Source of the DNA: an archaeon
GTDB taxonomy: Archaea > Aenigmatarchaeota > Aenigmatarchaeia > QMZP01 > JAFGSV01
Length of the DNA: 64,000 nucleotides
Direction of reading: 5' to 3'
NCBI GenBank assembly: GCA_028279705.1
Contig: JANQNF010000016.1
Location: 1 to 64,000 of the forward strand
The notes beneath the pieces are model-generated. The model did no database searches. It was not told where the DNA came from and saw nothing but the letters and a program-made list of their open reading frames with translations. Of the stretch, positions 26,815 through 35,957 are shown in pieces (within the stretch, counting starts at the first letter, position 1; every line of letters begins with the position of its first letter). The translations under genes and the position numbers were made by a program.

Positions 26815-27540
26815 TTAGGCGAAGATGAAGTTCAGGATGGCCGACGTGTCGAACTTCGGCGCTTCGCTGGCGTTGGCGCGCGCACGGGCGGCCTTGACAG
26901 CGTCGAGCATCTGTTCGATGCGACCCACGATGACCGCCTTTCGGACGGACTGCATCGCGCCGGAGTGCTGGACGGTGTTCCAGTAACCGGCGAGTTCGTC
27001 CACCGTGATGAGGTCAGTCTGCGCCGGATGGTGCTCCGTGGCATCGTACTTGACGATGGCCTTGGTCGCTTTCTTGTTCCGGTGCGTCTGGACGACGGGT
27101 GTCTTGAAGAGGCCGTCGTTTTCGTCACGGACCCACTCGAAGTCCGGACTCAGCGTCGGAATCGCCTCCGCTGTGGTGCGCAGGTCGGTGAGCTGTGTCT
27201 CCAAGAACAGCAGCGTGGTGACCGGGACGTCGCTGAGAATGGTCTCGCCGTTCACAACGATATCGCCGCGGGCATCACAGTTGCCGCGCTCGACGGAAGC
27301 GACCGTGCCCCACAACGTACCGAGAGACTCCTTAACGGTCTTCAGGTCGTCTTCGACGTTGCGCTGGACGCGCTTGCTCTCGCCGGGGAGAATCTCTCCG
27401 TCTTCCACGAGATTGTCGTAGGTCTTGACGAAACCTGCGAAGATGGCAGGCTTCTTGAAGCCCTTCAGGACTTCTGTCAGACGCGCCTTGTTGCGCCCGA
27501 CTTCGCCCTTACGGAGGGCGATTGCTTCGTGCAGTTTCAT
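26815..27540 (-). CDS. hypothetical protein (high-GC island)
   Basis: 241 aa with balanced composition; antisense 338-aa ORF is R/L/V/G-rich and judged spurious. Confidence 0.55.
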   Translation of the reverse strand: MKLHEAIALRKGEVGRNKARLTEVLKGFKKPAIFAGFVKTYDNLVEDGEILPGESKRVQRNVEDDLKTVKESLGTLWGTVASVERGNCDARGDIVVNGETILSDVPVTTLLFLETQLTDLRTTAEAIPTLSPDFEWVRDENDGLFKTPVVQTHRNKKATKAIVKYDATEHHPAQTDLITVDELAGYWNTVQHSGAMQSVRKAVIVGRIEQMLDAVKAARARANASEAPKFDTSAILNFIFA

Positions 27541-27559
27541 GTTCAGTTTTACTCCCGAG

Positions 27560-28141
27560 CTACCTTAGCTCTAAGATTAGGTTGATGGCTTTATCTAGTG
27601 CTTCGTTGTCGAAGCCTCTTTTATAACTAGTGACGATTTGGTTGCTTCTTACCAAACCCATGTCGTGAACATCGTCATCAAGAACGATAAACCTATGTTC
27701 TTCGTCTACTCCATAAAGATAGCTTTTGATTTGCCTACCTCGTGGATGTGTGCTGATTTCCGTCCTGTCTTCCACCACGAAATCGAAGCCCGCTACACCA
27801 ATGAGTTCGGTAAACCTCTTCGGGTCGAAGTATCGACGCCAAGTGCTAGATAGCACAATCTTAACGTCTTCGTAAACTCTCTCACTATAGGCGAAGTGAA
27901 CCAGTTGGTTTAGTCTATCAACACACCTAGGGCACAGAAGGCTAAAACCACCTAGCGGCATATCGCCAGCAAATTTACGAAGAGCGTCACCACAATCTTC
28001 TGTCTCAGGCTCGTGGTTAAGCACTCCATCTACATCTAGAAAGATGAATAGCTTCACTTGTTTCGTTTTTCTCTGCCAATCACGTATGACAGGCACACAA
28101 AAGCAACTACGTCGGAGACATACCCAAAGTGGAGCATCCAA
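27560..28141 (-). CDS. HAD-superfamily phosphatase-like protein
   Basis: 193 aa; motif I FLDVDGVLN (DxDG[TV]); true start may be a downstream GTG. Confidence 0.55.
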   Translation of the reverse strand: MDAPLWVCLRRSCFCVPVIRDWQRKTKQVKLFIFLDVDGVLNHEPETEDCGDALRKFAGDMPLGGFSLLCPRCVDRLNQLVHFAYSERVYEDVKIVLSSTWRRYFDPKRFTELIGVAGFDFVVEDRTEISTHPRGRQIKSYLYGVDEEHRFIVLDDDVHDMGLVRSNQIVTSYKRGFDNEALDKAINLILELR

Positions 28142-28281
28142 ACGGGTACCTCTTTGGTGTTGGGCACGAACTGAATTATACCCAAAGCCATCGTATAGAT
28201 TGCAAAGATTCCTAGGACTGCCACGCTAATACGCCAAGACAGCCACCAGAAACCATACAGGAAGTCTCTAACGATGTTCAT
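28054..28281 (-). CDS. small membrane protein
   Basis: 75 aa, two TM helices; overlaps annotated 5' end of HAD ORF. Confidence 0.35.
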   Translation of the reverse strand: MNIVRDFLYGFWWLSWRISVAVLGIFAIYTMALGIIQFVPNTKEVPVWMLHFGYVSDVVAFVCLSYVIGREKRNK

Positions 28282-28493
28282 ATGTCGCTGTTCAACTCAA
28301 CACAGGCTACGACGCAGTTATCTCCGTACTCTTCGTAGTCTATGAAAGGATGGGTTCCACCATCCATTAACTCAATGTGTTGTGTCTGTGCTAGCTCTTG
28401 TGCTCTTTCCAGAGTCTCCGCATTCACGATGACGATTGTTACGCCGTCTGGCCCGTGACGGTAGTCTCTGTACTTTAGTACAAATGTGCTCAC
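28278..28493 (-). CDS. hypothetical protein
   Basis: 71 aa. Confidence 0.45.
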   Translation of the reverse strand: MSTFVLKYRDYRHGPDGVTIVIVNAETLERAQELAQTQHIELMDGGTHPFIDYEEYGDNCVVACVELNSDI

Positions 28494-29080
28494 TTGAAGT
28501 GCTTTTTAAAGTGAAGCTCCCACAGTGCAGCAGCACAACCGATAATCATCGGCTTGTAATCCCACCATTCACAACTCATGTTGAGTGACATGATGGGACG
28601 AGCTTCGTCTCCTTTATCCCGAACCCATTTAATGAATTCGGGCATGTTGTTGTGCTCGTGACCGCAGAGTCTAATGCGTGTGTCGCCTTCTTCCCACGTG
28701 GGAATGTCTCGCGGTCTGTGTGCGACTACGTACTTAATACCTTCGTGTTCGAACTCGTAGGTTTCGTTCCGTCTAGTCGTCAAGCACTCAAAACCCAAGC
28801 GACTCATTCTCTCTGACCCCCAATCGTGGTTGCCGAGAATCAGTTGCTTGCGGCCATTCAGGCGCTCCATCACTTCGAACATGCGTCCGTAGTTGAAGCA
28901 TACATCACCTAAATGTAGAACAACGTCATCAGGACCAACGGCTTCATTCCAATTGGCAACTAGTGCCTCTGTCATTTCGTTGATATCAGCAAAAGGCCGC
29001 TGACAATAACGAATGATGTTCTTATGGAAGAAATGCGTGTCGCTGACTACAAAGAGCTTCATTACCAGTTGGCGTACCAC
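28490..29080 (-). CDS. calcineurin-like metallophosphoesterase
   Basis: 196 aa; VVSDTHF, LHLGD and GNHDW motifs of the metallophosphatase fold. Confidence 0.7.
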   Translation of the reverse strand: MVRQLVMKLFVVSDTHFFHKNIIRYCQRPFADINEMTEALVANWNEAVGPDDVVLHLGDVCFNYGRMFEVMERLNGRKQLILGNHDWGSERMSRLGFECLTTRRNETYEFEHEGIKYVVAHRPRDIPTWEEGDTRIRLCGHEHNNMPEFIKWVRDKGDEARPIMSLNMSCEWWDYKPMIIGCAAALWELHFKKHFK

Positions 29081-29274
29081 TCACCCGCTTTATGTCCGGG
29101 TGTGCGGTATACAGTATTGGTCACTTTCCCTGTTAGGTGGTAGGGGAGAATGACTGTCCCTGTGTAAAGAACACCGTGGGGATGGCCCTGTGTTCTCTTA
29201 ATGTTTCGTACCGTGCGTGTGTACCAACGGTTGTTGTATTTCACACGCTGTGAGCTTCTGTCGGGTAGTTCCAT
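29062..29274 (-). CDS. hypothetical protein
   Basis: 70 aa. Confidence 0.35.
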   Translation of the reverse strand: MELPDRSSQRVKYNNRWYTRTVRNIKRTQGHPHGVLYTGTVILPYHLTGKVTNTVYRTPGHKAGEWYANW

Positions 29275-29370
29275 CTAAATAGAGATGAAAGGGGAGCCGT
29301 GGCATCCGACGCTAATGTCAGTTCTTGTGTGGGTGGAGCGGTGTCCGTGGCTCCCACAACTCATCCGATG

Positions 29371-29634
29371 TTATTTGAGCGGAACCTCTAGGCGGAAACC
29401 GCCGCCCAGAGCCGTGCCCTCTCCACGAGTGGAAGGCTGGATGACGCCGAAGATATCGGCTCTGATGCCGCTATCTCCGATTTCACCACCAACGCCCACC
29501 TCTTGGTAGAGCGTGTTGCCTTCGTCGTAGGTGCTGGTCTCGGTATATATCGTATCCGGCCGCCAGAACGGCTTCGTGGGCGCGCAAGCACCTAACGTTA
29601 GAAGAAGCAGAATCAGACTCAATGCTTTACGCAT
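29371..29634 (-). CDS. putative lipoprotein
   Basis: 87 aa; lipobox LGAC. Confidence 0.5.
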   Translation of the reverse strand: MRKALSLILLLLTLGACAPTKPFWRPDTIYTETSTYDEGNTLYQEVGVGGEIGDSGIRADIFGVIQPSTRGEGTALGGGFRLEVPLK

Positions 29635-29903
29635 TACTGGTCTCCTGTGGTCTGCTGTGTCTTGGGCTCGGGCGCGGGCTGGTCGTCGCTAGACGTGTTA
29701 AACGTCATGGACATTCCAAATATCGTTAGGAATGCTAGCACCAGCCCACAAATGCCGTATCCCATCTTCTCGTCTTGGTCCTCACTCTTGAACGAGAGAA
29801 CGAAGAGAAAAACGGATACAGCTAGCCCACCGAACAGCAGGCAAAGAAAAATGATGAATTCTTGATTGTCAGGCATGACGGCCTCAGTCTTAATGGCGGG
29901 CAC
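29634..29903 (-). CDS. membrane protein
   Basis: 89 aa, two TM helices. Confidence 0.45.
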   Translation of the reverse strand: MPAIKTEAVMPDNQEFIIFLCLLFGGLAVSVFLFVLSFKSEDQDEKMGYGICGLVLAFLTIFGMSMTFNTSSDDQPAPEPKTQQTTGDQ

Positions 29904-29999
29904 GACGGGATTCGAACCCGCAAAAGACTAAAACGTTCCCCATCGGAGTGCCGAGAGTAAACATTCTAGCTGCAATCCCAAAGCTCTGCCACGTGCCCG
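29894..29999 (-). tRNA. non-canonical tRNA-like gene (about 106 nt)
   Basis: 8-bp acceptor CGGGCACG/CGUGCCCG, T-arm GCGGGUUCGAAUCCCGU and CCA end; D/anticodon/variable regions could not be folded canonically by eye. Confidence 0.4.
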
Positions 30000-30002
30000 T
30001 GA

Positions 30003-30101
30003 TGGAGGTGCGCCGGGGAGTCGAACCCCGATTTTACGTTGCCCACCTTTCCCATGAGGTTAACATGTGGGTCGGTACTGGTCCGCAGTACAGCGCGCAC
30101 C
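30003..30101 (-). tRNA. non-canonical tRNA-like gene (about 99 nt, long variable region)
   Basis: acceptor GGUGCGC/GCGCACC, T-arm CGGGGUUCGACUCCCCG, CCA end; isotype not assignable by eye. Confidence 0.4.
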
Positions 30102-30332
30102 GTCTAAATTAAGAGGCGCCAAAAAGAAAGGGTCAGCCGCTTGCGGGCGGCTGACCCAATCAGTTCTTAAGTGTCTACAAATGTGTTCTTAGAGAGGTTC
30201 TGTGGTTAGTTTACTTCATTGGTCCTACCTAGGTCTATGTGTGTTTAGACTACAAACTTTCCGAGCCAACAGGCCCATTCTCTCATTGCGGAGTAGCTAA
30301 CTCCATGCGATATCGCTTCCTCCTATAGACAA

Positions 30333-30362
30333 AAAGAAACCCCGGCCGAAGCCGGGGCTCCT
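30333..30362 (-). terminator. rho-independent terminator
   Basis: minus-strand CCCCGGCUUCGGCCGGGG then UUUCUUUUUG. Confidence 0.6.
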
Positions 30363-30372
30363 CAGGAGGGAA

Positions 30373-30618
30373 TCAGCGGGTGATACACCCGCGGTTTACT
30401 GCTTGTTTTTCCAGAAGGTTCTGCATCTTGTTGCCGAACTTGTACGCAGGAACCACGAGAACGATTATGTCCTTGAAAAGGCTTGTTCGTTCCGCAAAGC
30501 CCCAAGCACTCTCATGCTTGTCGCCGGGGAATTCGAACGATTGAGGATACACTTCGTTCTTGCTGCGCAGGAACGCAACATACGTTCCCGGGTTCTTGTG
30601 TGATTTGGGTACGCGCAT
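30373..30618 (-). CDS. hypothetical protein
   Basis: 81 aa. Confidence 0.45.
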   Translation of the reverse strand: MRVPKSHKNPGTYVAFLRSKNEVYPQSFEFPGDKHESAWGFAERTSLFKDIIVLVVPAYKFGNKMQNLLEKQAVNRGCITR

Positions 30619-30987
30619 CTACTTTTCCCGCTTGATGACGAAGAGGGTGTTGGTCTCTTCATCCGTGGTCCATCCGGCACTGAACTTGATGCCCGGGAAC
30701 TGAGCCTTCAGCTCCCCGATGACCGTATGAACCTGCGGGAATCGGTAGAGGGAAATCTCCACACGCTTCGCACCGCTAGCGATGGTGTGGAAGGCACGGC
30801 GCAACTTGCGCCGCAACGCGCCCATGTCGTAGGCGTACGGAGTATGCAGCGAGAATCGTTCGGTGAGAACGAACTCCTCCGTCTTGCCGGTCTTGCGATT
30901 CTTCTTCTGCTTGCGACCGGTCTCGACCTCGTACTTGGTGGGCTTGAGCTTGACTTCTCCGAATGTCACGTTTCTCAGTCTCCTCAT
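30619..30987 (-). CDS. hypothetical protein
   Basis: internal Met start (MRRLRNV) abutting upstream gene. Confidence 0.5.
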   Translation of the reverse strand: MRRLRNVTFGEVKLKPTKYEVETGRKQKKNRKTGKTEEFVLTERFSLHTPYAYDMGALRRKLRRAFHTIASGAKRVEISLYRFPQVHTVIGELKAQFPGIKFSAGWTTDEETNTLFVIKREK

Positions 30988-30988
30988 T

Positions 30989-31279
30989 CTAACTAATGTT
31001 AGAGCAATAGTCTGTCGTCGGGCAATCTTCGCACTTCTTGATTTTATGTCCGGACCCACACGGGCACGGGTCATTGCGACCGAACACCCTCTTCCCGCGC
31101 ACGCGGTTCGGGTTGTTTAGTGAGCGATGTACCGGAGGCAAGATACCCACCGGGCCATCATCGACCTCAGGTGTTTCCGCCTCTTCACTGTCGGCTGCTT
31201 CTAGAACATCAGGATTCCCAGCGGTGATGGGCTGATTGTCCTCTTTCTCAGCGAGTTCTTTGAATCGTTCTTCGTTCAT
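30989..31279 (-). CDS. SEC-C metal-binding motif protein
   Basis: 96 aa; C-terminal NDPCPCGSGHKIKKC is the SEC-C motif. Confidence 0.55.
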   Translation of the reverse strand: MNEERFKELAEKEDNQPITAGNPDVLEAADSEEAETPEVDDGPVGILPPVHRSLNNPNRVRGKRVFGRNDPCPCGSGHKIKKCEDCPTTDYCSNIS

Positions 31280-31746
31280 GGTATTTGTGGGCGACCTGTG
31301 CCGCCTAAGTCACCGAGGTGCGGATAGCCTCCGTTGTCCCCAGAATTCTCATCTATCCACTCTTGAATCTCTTCGTCGAGTGTCGGTGGAAAAAAGAGAA
31401 TCTCTACTACATCCGGCTCCCACTTGGCCGGTAGGTTTTCTTGTATGTGCTCGGCATACTTAGCGCCGTGCTCTTTTGTTTTGTGGTAGTTGAAAGTAAC
31501 TGACCACTCTGGTCCGTACTCCCCGTCCCGTCTAACTTTAGAGAAGTGGCCGTACTCTTTGAAGTCTGAGAAGACTTTTGTTAGGAGTTGCACCCATCTC
31601 TCTAGGTGCTGTTGGATTCTATCTTCATAGCGAGCAAAACCCGGACAGGGAGATTGCTCACCCGAAGGTGCTGGACCTAAGTCAACACCGATGTAGTCGT
31701 CTGGATTTGGGAGAAAGTTCACCCCAAACATGTGGCTATCCGTCAA
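31276..31746 (-). CDS. hypothetical protein (paralogous to 33307..34014)
   Basis: 156 aa; PCPGFARYEDRIQQHLERW..GPEWSVTF parallels PCVGLPRYIEKTEALVERW..GPEIVLTF. Confidence 0.5.
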   Translation of the reverse strand: MTDSHMFGVNFLPNPDDYIGVDLGPAPSGEQSPCPGFARYEDRIQQHLERWVQLLTKVFSDFKEYGHFSKVRRDGEYGPEWSVTFNYHKTKEHGAKYAEHIQENLPAKWEPDVVEILFFPPTLDEEIQEWIDENSGDNGGYPHLGDLGGTGRPQIP

Positions 31747-31975
31747 ATAGCCAAGCGAAAAAGAACGTCAACGCAGCCAAGCCTACGACAGACACCATCA
31801 TCACAGACATGACGCCGAAGTTGACGAATACATTGACGATGACAAGAACAGCTAGGAGTCCCGCTAGGCTTACTCCGTAGATTTCTGTCTTTTCCATTAC
31901 TTCCTCTATACTTAGAAAAATAGCCCGCCGGATTTCTCCGGCGAGCTTTGAAGGAACGGGTGCATAAAGCACCAC
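31736..31975 (-). CDS. small membrane protein
   Basis: likely true start MEKTEIYG; two TM helices. Confidence 0.45.
   Translation of the reverse strand: MVLYAPVPSKLAGEIRRAIFLSIEEVMEKTEIYGVSLAGLLAVLVIVNVFVNFGVMSVMMVSVVGLAALTFFFAWLFDG
31911..31946 (-). terminator. putative terminator
   Basis: hairpin GCUCGCCGGAGAAAUCCGGCGGGC followed on minus strand by UAUUUUUCUAA. Confidence 0.4.
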
Positions 31976-32023
31976 AAATGACCGTGCCCAGTAATCTGGC
32001 TGGGCGCACGAATCACACCCGTA

Positions 32024-32302
32024 TTATACGTAAGTGTCTGAAACCTCTGCGGGCTGCGCGTTGATGATGCAGTCCACGTCCCAGTGACCTTCTTCGGACC
32101 ACTGGCAGCGATAGACCCCGAACAAAGTTGTGACCAGATGGGTCTTCTTCTCGGGATACATCGCAATCAGTGAGCGTAGACCACCGCTCAATTGGTTTGT
32201 CTGCTGCGGGTCTCGCACGTCCAGACCTTCACGACAGTTGAACCTGATGTGCTTGAAGTCGTACTGCTTCATTACAGAACCGCCTTTAGAAGACTCAGCC
32301 AA
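32024..32302 (-). CDS. hypothetical protein
   Basis: 92 aa. Confidence 0.45.
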   Translation of the reverse strand: MAESSKGGSVMKQYDFKHIRFNCREGLDVRDPQQTNQLSGGLRSLIAMYPEKKTHLVTTLFGVYRCQWSEEGHWDVDCIINAQPAEVSDTYV

Positions 32303-32365
32303 AAGAGAAGAGTCAGCGCCACCACGATTACAGGAGGCCAGTTGATGTCTCTGAGCCTCAACTGT

Positions 32366-32686
32366 CTACTCCATGTCCTCGTCGGTCAGGTTCGCCAACT
32401 CAGCGAACGCCTTCCCCCGGCCCGTCTTGAACTTGGCGGCCTGCCTCTTGGTGGGCGGAATGCCGGCCTTCAGGCAGCACACCTGAAAGGTCTTGTCGCC
32501 CGCCGCGAACTTCTTGTGGATGAGAGTCTCCTCCTCGTTGCGCTTGGCGGCCTCGGCAGCGGTGGAGCGGCGGTTCTTCTTGGTCTTCACGGGATGTTTC
32601 TCCTCAGACAGGTAGAGCCCTCGCTTTGCAGCGAGAGACGGAACGTAAACGCGACCAGAGTAAGAGAGTCCGGGTAGCGTCTTCAT
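32366..32686 (-). CDS. basic hypothetical protein
   Basis: 106 aa K-rich. Confidence 0.45.
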   Translation of the reverse strand: MKTLPGLSYSGRVYVPSLAAKRGLYLSEEKHPVKTKKNRRSTAAEAAKRNEEETLIHKKFAAGDKTFQVCCLKAGIPPTKRQAAKFKTGRGKAFAELANLTDEDME

Positions 32687-32884
32687 CTAATCTAAGATGG
32701 ACTCGATATACAAATCCATCTTCTCCAACACTTCCTCTAGAGTGAAGCTATTGACACTCCAAGTGCCAAACAACACTCCGTTGTGAATCAGTCTATACTG
32801 TGTGCTCTTAGGCCACGAGTCACCTTGTGCAAGCAGAACGACCCCGTGCTCTTCATGGGTCCAAATTCTGTGGAATGTGGCCAT
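32687..32884 (-). CDS. hypothetical protein
   Basis: internal Met start (MATFHRIW) because upstream ORF part covers a terminator. Confidence 0.4.
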   Translation of the reverse strand: MATFHRIWTHEEHGVVLLAQGDSWPKSTQYRLIHNGVLFGTWSVNSFTLEEVLEKMDLYIESILD

Positions 32885-32895
32885 AGCTACTCTAT

Positions 32896-32928
32896 ACAAA
32901 AAAAACACCCCGGAGAAAACTCCGGGGT
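32896..32928 (-). terminator. rho-independent terminator
   Basis: CACCCCGGAG-UUUU-CUCCGGGGUG followed by UUUUUUUUGUAUA on minus strand. Confidence 0.6.
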
Positions 32929-33208
32929 GCTGCAACGTCTGCCACATCATCTCCGAGTGACGGCTTGCGGGCCGTTCACTCATCACGTTGTCCGGCTAAC
33001 CAGACAACAAACCAACCAAACGCTGCGGTCGCCCTACCGGACTCAGCACCATTGTTCAGTTATCCTGATGTTGGCCAACAGGACAGCGGGTTCCATAAAC
33101 ATTTTTAGTTTAGAAAAATTTATTAGCGCGGTTTAACCGCCGCGTCGGTTTGCCGGACTCATCTCGGCATTTCCACGATTAGGTGCTTTTCGCTTCGAGT
33201 CTATCTAT

Positions 33209-33238
33209 ACAAAAAAGAGCCCGGCTTTGCAGCCGGGC
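33209..33238 (-). terminator. rho-independent terminator
   Basis: GCCCGGC-UGCAAA-GCCGGGC then UCUUUUUUGUAUA on minus strand. Confidence 0.6.
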
Positions 33239-33306
33239 GTGGGGACTCTTCGGGCGTAGGTCGAAGACCGTTGACGTGGTCGGCCGTCGAGCGCGGTCAG
33301 AGTCCT

Positions 33307-34014
33307 CTAAATGTAGTTGGGGTCGTTGAGATGCGGAGCGATTTGATTAATAGGTACGTGTTTGCGCTGAGCTGTCTTGCTCAGATGATTGTGCAACTCA
33401 CCATCTCGAATTTGGATACGGCCTTCTTTCTCTTTCATCTCAAACATCGCATCCATCTCTGCCCTTTTCTTGGCCGCCTGTGATTCGCAGCCTATCTCGG
33501 CCTCTCTCCATGTTTTCGGGAGGTTCTTGACCAAGTAATCTCCGTACCACCCGTGAGGATAGGACAAGTGCAACTCAGTGCTATCCCAAGCAGGCATGAA
33601 AGTCAGGACAATCTCGGGTCCGTAATCTGTCGGCCTTCTATCCAACAAGAGATAACCACGAGTGAGCATCTCCGGGAAATAGGCGACGAGAGCCTCTCGC
33701 CATCTCTCCACCAGCGCCTCGGTCTTCTCGATATATCTCGGAAGACCAACGCACGGATGCTGTTCTTCTGTCGGACAGACACCCAAGTCGAACTTGGGCA
33801 ACTTGCTGTTCGGCTCGGGTGTATCGTCGAACGAGACTAGAGTCTCGGGCGGTACCGTCCAGTCGTACCGTTCCACCCTTCCCGGGTAAGAGTAGTCGAT
33901 ATACACCTGACCGCTGGTGAGGTAAATATCGTTGGCAACCACTCGGGCACCGCCAAGATAAAATATGTCACCAGCTTTCAGATGCCTAGCTTCAATGTGT
34001 TTCATCTTCTCCAC
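33307..34014 (-). CDS. hypothetical protein (paralog family with 31276..31746)
   Basis: 235 aa. Confidence 0.55.
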   Translation of the reverse strand: MEKMKHIEARHLKAGDIFYLGGARVVANDIYLTSGQVYIDYSYPGRVERYDWTVPPETLVSFDDTPEPNSKLPKFDLGVCPTEEQHPCVGLPRYIEKTEALVERWREALVAYFPEMLTRGYLLLDRRPTDYGPEIVLTFMPAWDSTELHLSYPHGWYGDYLVKNLPKTWREAEIGCESQAAKKRAEMDAMFEMKEKEGRIQIRDGELHNHLSKTAQRKHVPINQIAPHLNDPNYI

Positions 34015-34020
34015 CTAATT

Positions 34021-34296
34021 TTAGTCTGAACTCTCTTCCCAGTCTTCGGGCTTGGGATAAATCCAAGCACCAGCCACACCAAAGATGACTACGAACACGA
34101 CGAGCATAGTCAGAACAGCTTTGTCTTGCCCAAACAACCTGTCAACCTCATGCAGAGTATGCACGAAAGAGAACAGAATGAAGAGCATGGCTATCAGTGT
34201 GCCAACGCCAATGGCCGCGCCCTTGATGTAGTGCATCATTCCTTCACCTTTTCGTAGATGCGGCCCATACCCCACCCTTTGGACCTGTAAACACAC
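34021..34296 (-). CDS. membrane protein
   Basis: 91 aa, two TM helices. Confidence 0.45.
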   Translation of the reverse strand: MCLQVQRVGYGPHLRKGEGMMHYIKGAAIGVGTLIAMLFILFSFVHTLHEVDRLFGQDKAVLTMLVVFVVIFGVAGAWIYPKPEDWEESSD

Positions 34297-34847
34297 CTGA
34301 CCCGTCTATCTTTAGGCCATATGTGCTCACACCACCAAGGTAGGATGATGAGCGCTTCGAGCTTTGCTTCTTCTATCAGACGTCGCTGGAGGGCTTCCCA
34401 GAGTTCCGGGTCAGCCATCGGCCGCCAGCTATATAGAATGTCGTAGTCGCCGTACTTTCTGTACGTTAAGGCGTTCGCCTTGAAAAGGTGGGCGTTGTGG
34501 GTCGTGACGAACTTGCGCCCGTGTTTGAGCATCACTTCGTCTAAGTCTAGACCGTTGGCGTGCATTCCGACTGCATTTGCCAGTAAGCAGATGTTGCCAG
34601 CACCACAGCCAATGTCGAGAAAACTGGGCCTGCCGTGATACATGCGACTGTAGGGCCGGTACCCAAACAGCATAGCGGCTTTCTCAAGCAGATTGATTGC
34701 TTCTTCGCACCGGTAAGGTATGAAGGGGTACGAGCCTTCGGCGGGCGCTCTCTGTCTCGGTCTGGTGTTGTGGCTGGTGGCCTGAAACATGGAGTTCATA
34801 GCCGACGTGAGGGCTTTAACCCTATCAGAATTCTTGGGTTTGTGCAT
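34236..34847 (-). CDS. class I SAM-dependent methyltransferase
   Basis: 203 aa; motif I FLDIGCGAGN and motif II-like LDLDEV. Confidence 0.65.
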   Translation of the reverse strand: MHKPKNSDRVKALTSAMNSMFQATSHNTRPRQRAPAEGSYPFIPYRCEEAINLLEKAAMLFGYRPYSRMYHGRPSFLDIGCGAGNICLLANAVGMHANGLDLDEVMLKHGRKFVTTHNAHLFKANALTYRKYGDYDILYSWRPMADPELWEALQRRLIEEAKLEALIILPWWCEHIWPKDRRVRCVYRSKGWGMGRIYEKVKE

Positions 34848-34852
34848 GGTCC

Positions 34853-35200
34853 CTACCTTTTATAACCGAACGAAGCTAGCTGTTCGTCGGTCATCAGGTC
34901 CACTTGGAACCAACCCGCAGGCGTTCTCACCTCTTCATACCGGTCCTCAGCCATCCCACGTCCGCAGTACCGGCATTTACCACTATCGAAGCACTCGTCA
35001 CACCCACAAGAATGGCACGTCGCACAGAGCGTTCTACGGCCGCTCTCGGGAAAGGTGTGGCCTTCTCTCGGCCGTCTATCGCCAACGACCGGGCCGTCCC
35101 CGCTACGTTCGCAGCGGCATTTTCTGGCAACGCGAGTTTCTTGTCCCGTGTGCGGTACACGCCGGAACAACTCTTCGCCACATATTGTGCAGCAAGTCAC
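34853..35200 (-). CDS. Cys-rich metal-binding protein
   Basis: 115 aa with about 14 Cys in CxxC pairs. Confidence 0.45.
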   Translation of the reverse strand: MTCCTICGEELFRRVPHTGQETRVARKCRCERSGDGPVVGDRRPREGHTFPESGRRTLCATCHSCGCDECFDSGKCRYCGRGMAEDRYEEVRTPAGWFQVDLMTDEQLASFGYKR

Positions 35201-35228
35201 TGTTGATTCCCTCTTCTTTTAGAATTAT

Positions 35229-35543
35229 CTATCTGCGGTACTCGATGTTCCCCGGATTCTTACGGTGGAAGACCCAAGCCTTGAAGTTCATTGTCTGCAT
35301 GAGATGCCAGTCGTTGTCGTGTCCGTCTTCCAGCCTCTCACCGTTATGAAATGCCTGTGCCATGCTCTTGTTATCTAAACCTAGAGCAACAGCAGCATCT
35401 CCAACTACTACGGCGTGGATACCGTCCTCTTTATAATTTCCACCCGAATGGCCGCACTTGCAGTAACGGCGCTCATAATCGAGCTTGATTACGTCAGAAC
35501 AGTCTCTACACAGTACCAGTTTCATCCCTGTCTCTCGGGCCAC
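35229..35543 (-). CDS. zinc-ribbon protein
   Basis: 104 aa; CRDCS...CKCGH. Confidence 0.45.
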   Translation of the reverse strand: MARETGMKLVLCRDCSDVIKLDYERRYCKCGHSGGNYKEDGIHAVVVGDAAVALGLDNKSMAQAFHNGERLEDGHDNDWHLMQTMNFKAWVFHRKNPGNIEYRR

Positions 35544-35727
35544 TGATGAGATACACTACGGAAGGCCAGATGAACAGCCAACCAACCAGCGACACCAGTC
35601 CCGACAGGGAACCATGCAGTAGCCAGTAGTAGGCTGTCGTGAACACCATGAAACCGAACATGGCGATGTGGCCCTTGACGGTGTGGTGTACCCAGTAGTG
35701 TTTATAAATGGCGAAAATGTGTTTCAT
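35506..35727 (-). CDS. membrane protein
   Basis: 73 aa, two TM helices. Confidence 0.45.
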   Translation of the reverse strand: MKHIFAIYKHYWVHHTVKGHIAMFGFMVFTTAYYWLLHGSLSGLVSLVGWLFIWPSVVYLISGPRDRDETGTV

Positions 35728-35729
35728 CT

Positions 35730-35957
35730 CTATTTAGAACAACGGCAATCAGGGCCGTCTACCCCATCAGGTTTATAGAACGAATCACACTGGACACACT
35801 TGACAGGTCCGGTGCTGAAGATAGTCTCGCTAGTCACCTGAGCCATCGCGCCTTCTTTCGGCATGACACTCCTACGAAGCTCGCAGGCGCTCTTAAACGA
35901 CAGGTGAGACATAGTTCCAGTCTCTCCCCCGTGTTTATGGTAGGTGAAATACCACAT
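35730..35957 (-). CDS. small zinc-ribbon protein
   Basis: 75 aa; CVQCD...CRC. Confidence 0.45.
   Translation of the reverse strand: MWYFTYHKHGGETGTMSHLSFKSACELRRSVMPKEGAMAQVTSETIFSTGPVKCVQCDSFYKPDGVDGPDCRCSK

Noticed and set aside
26569-27585. 338-aa plus-strand ORF
   Set aside because: Antisense to a better-composed minus-strand ORF in a high-GC island; R/L/V/G-rich translation typical of a spurious frame.
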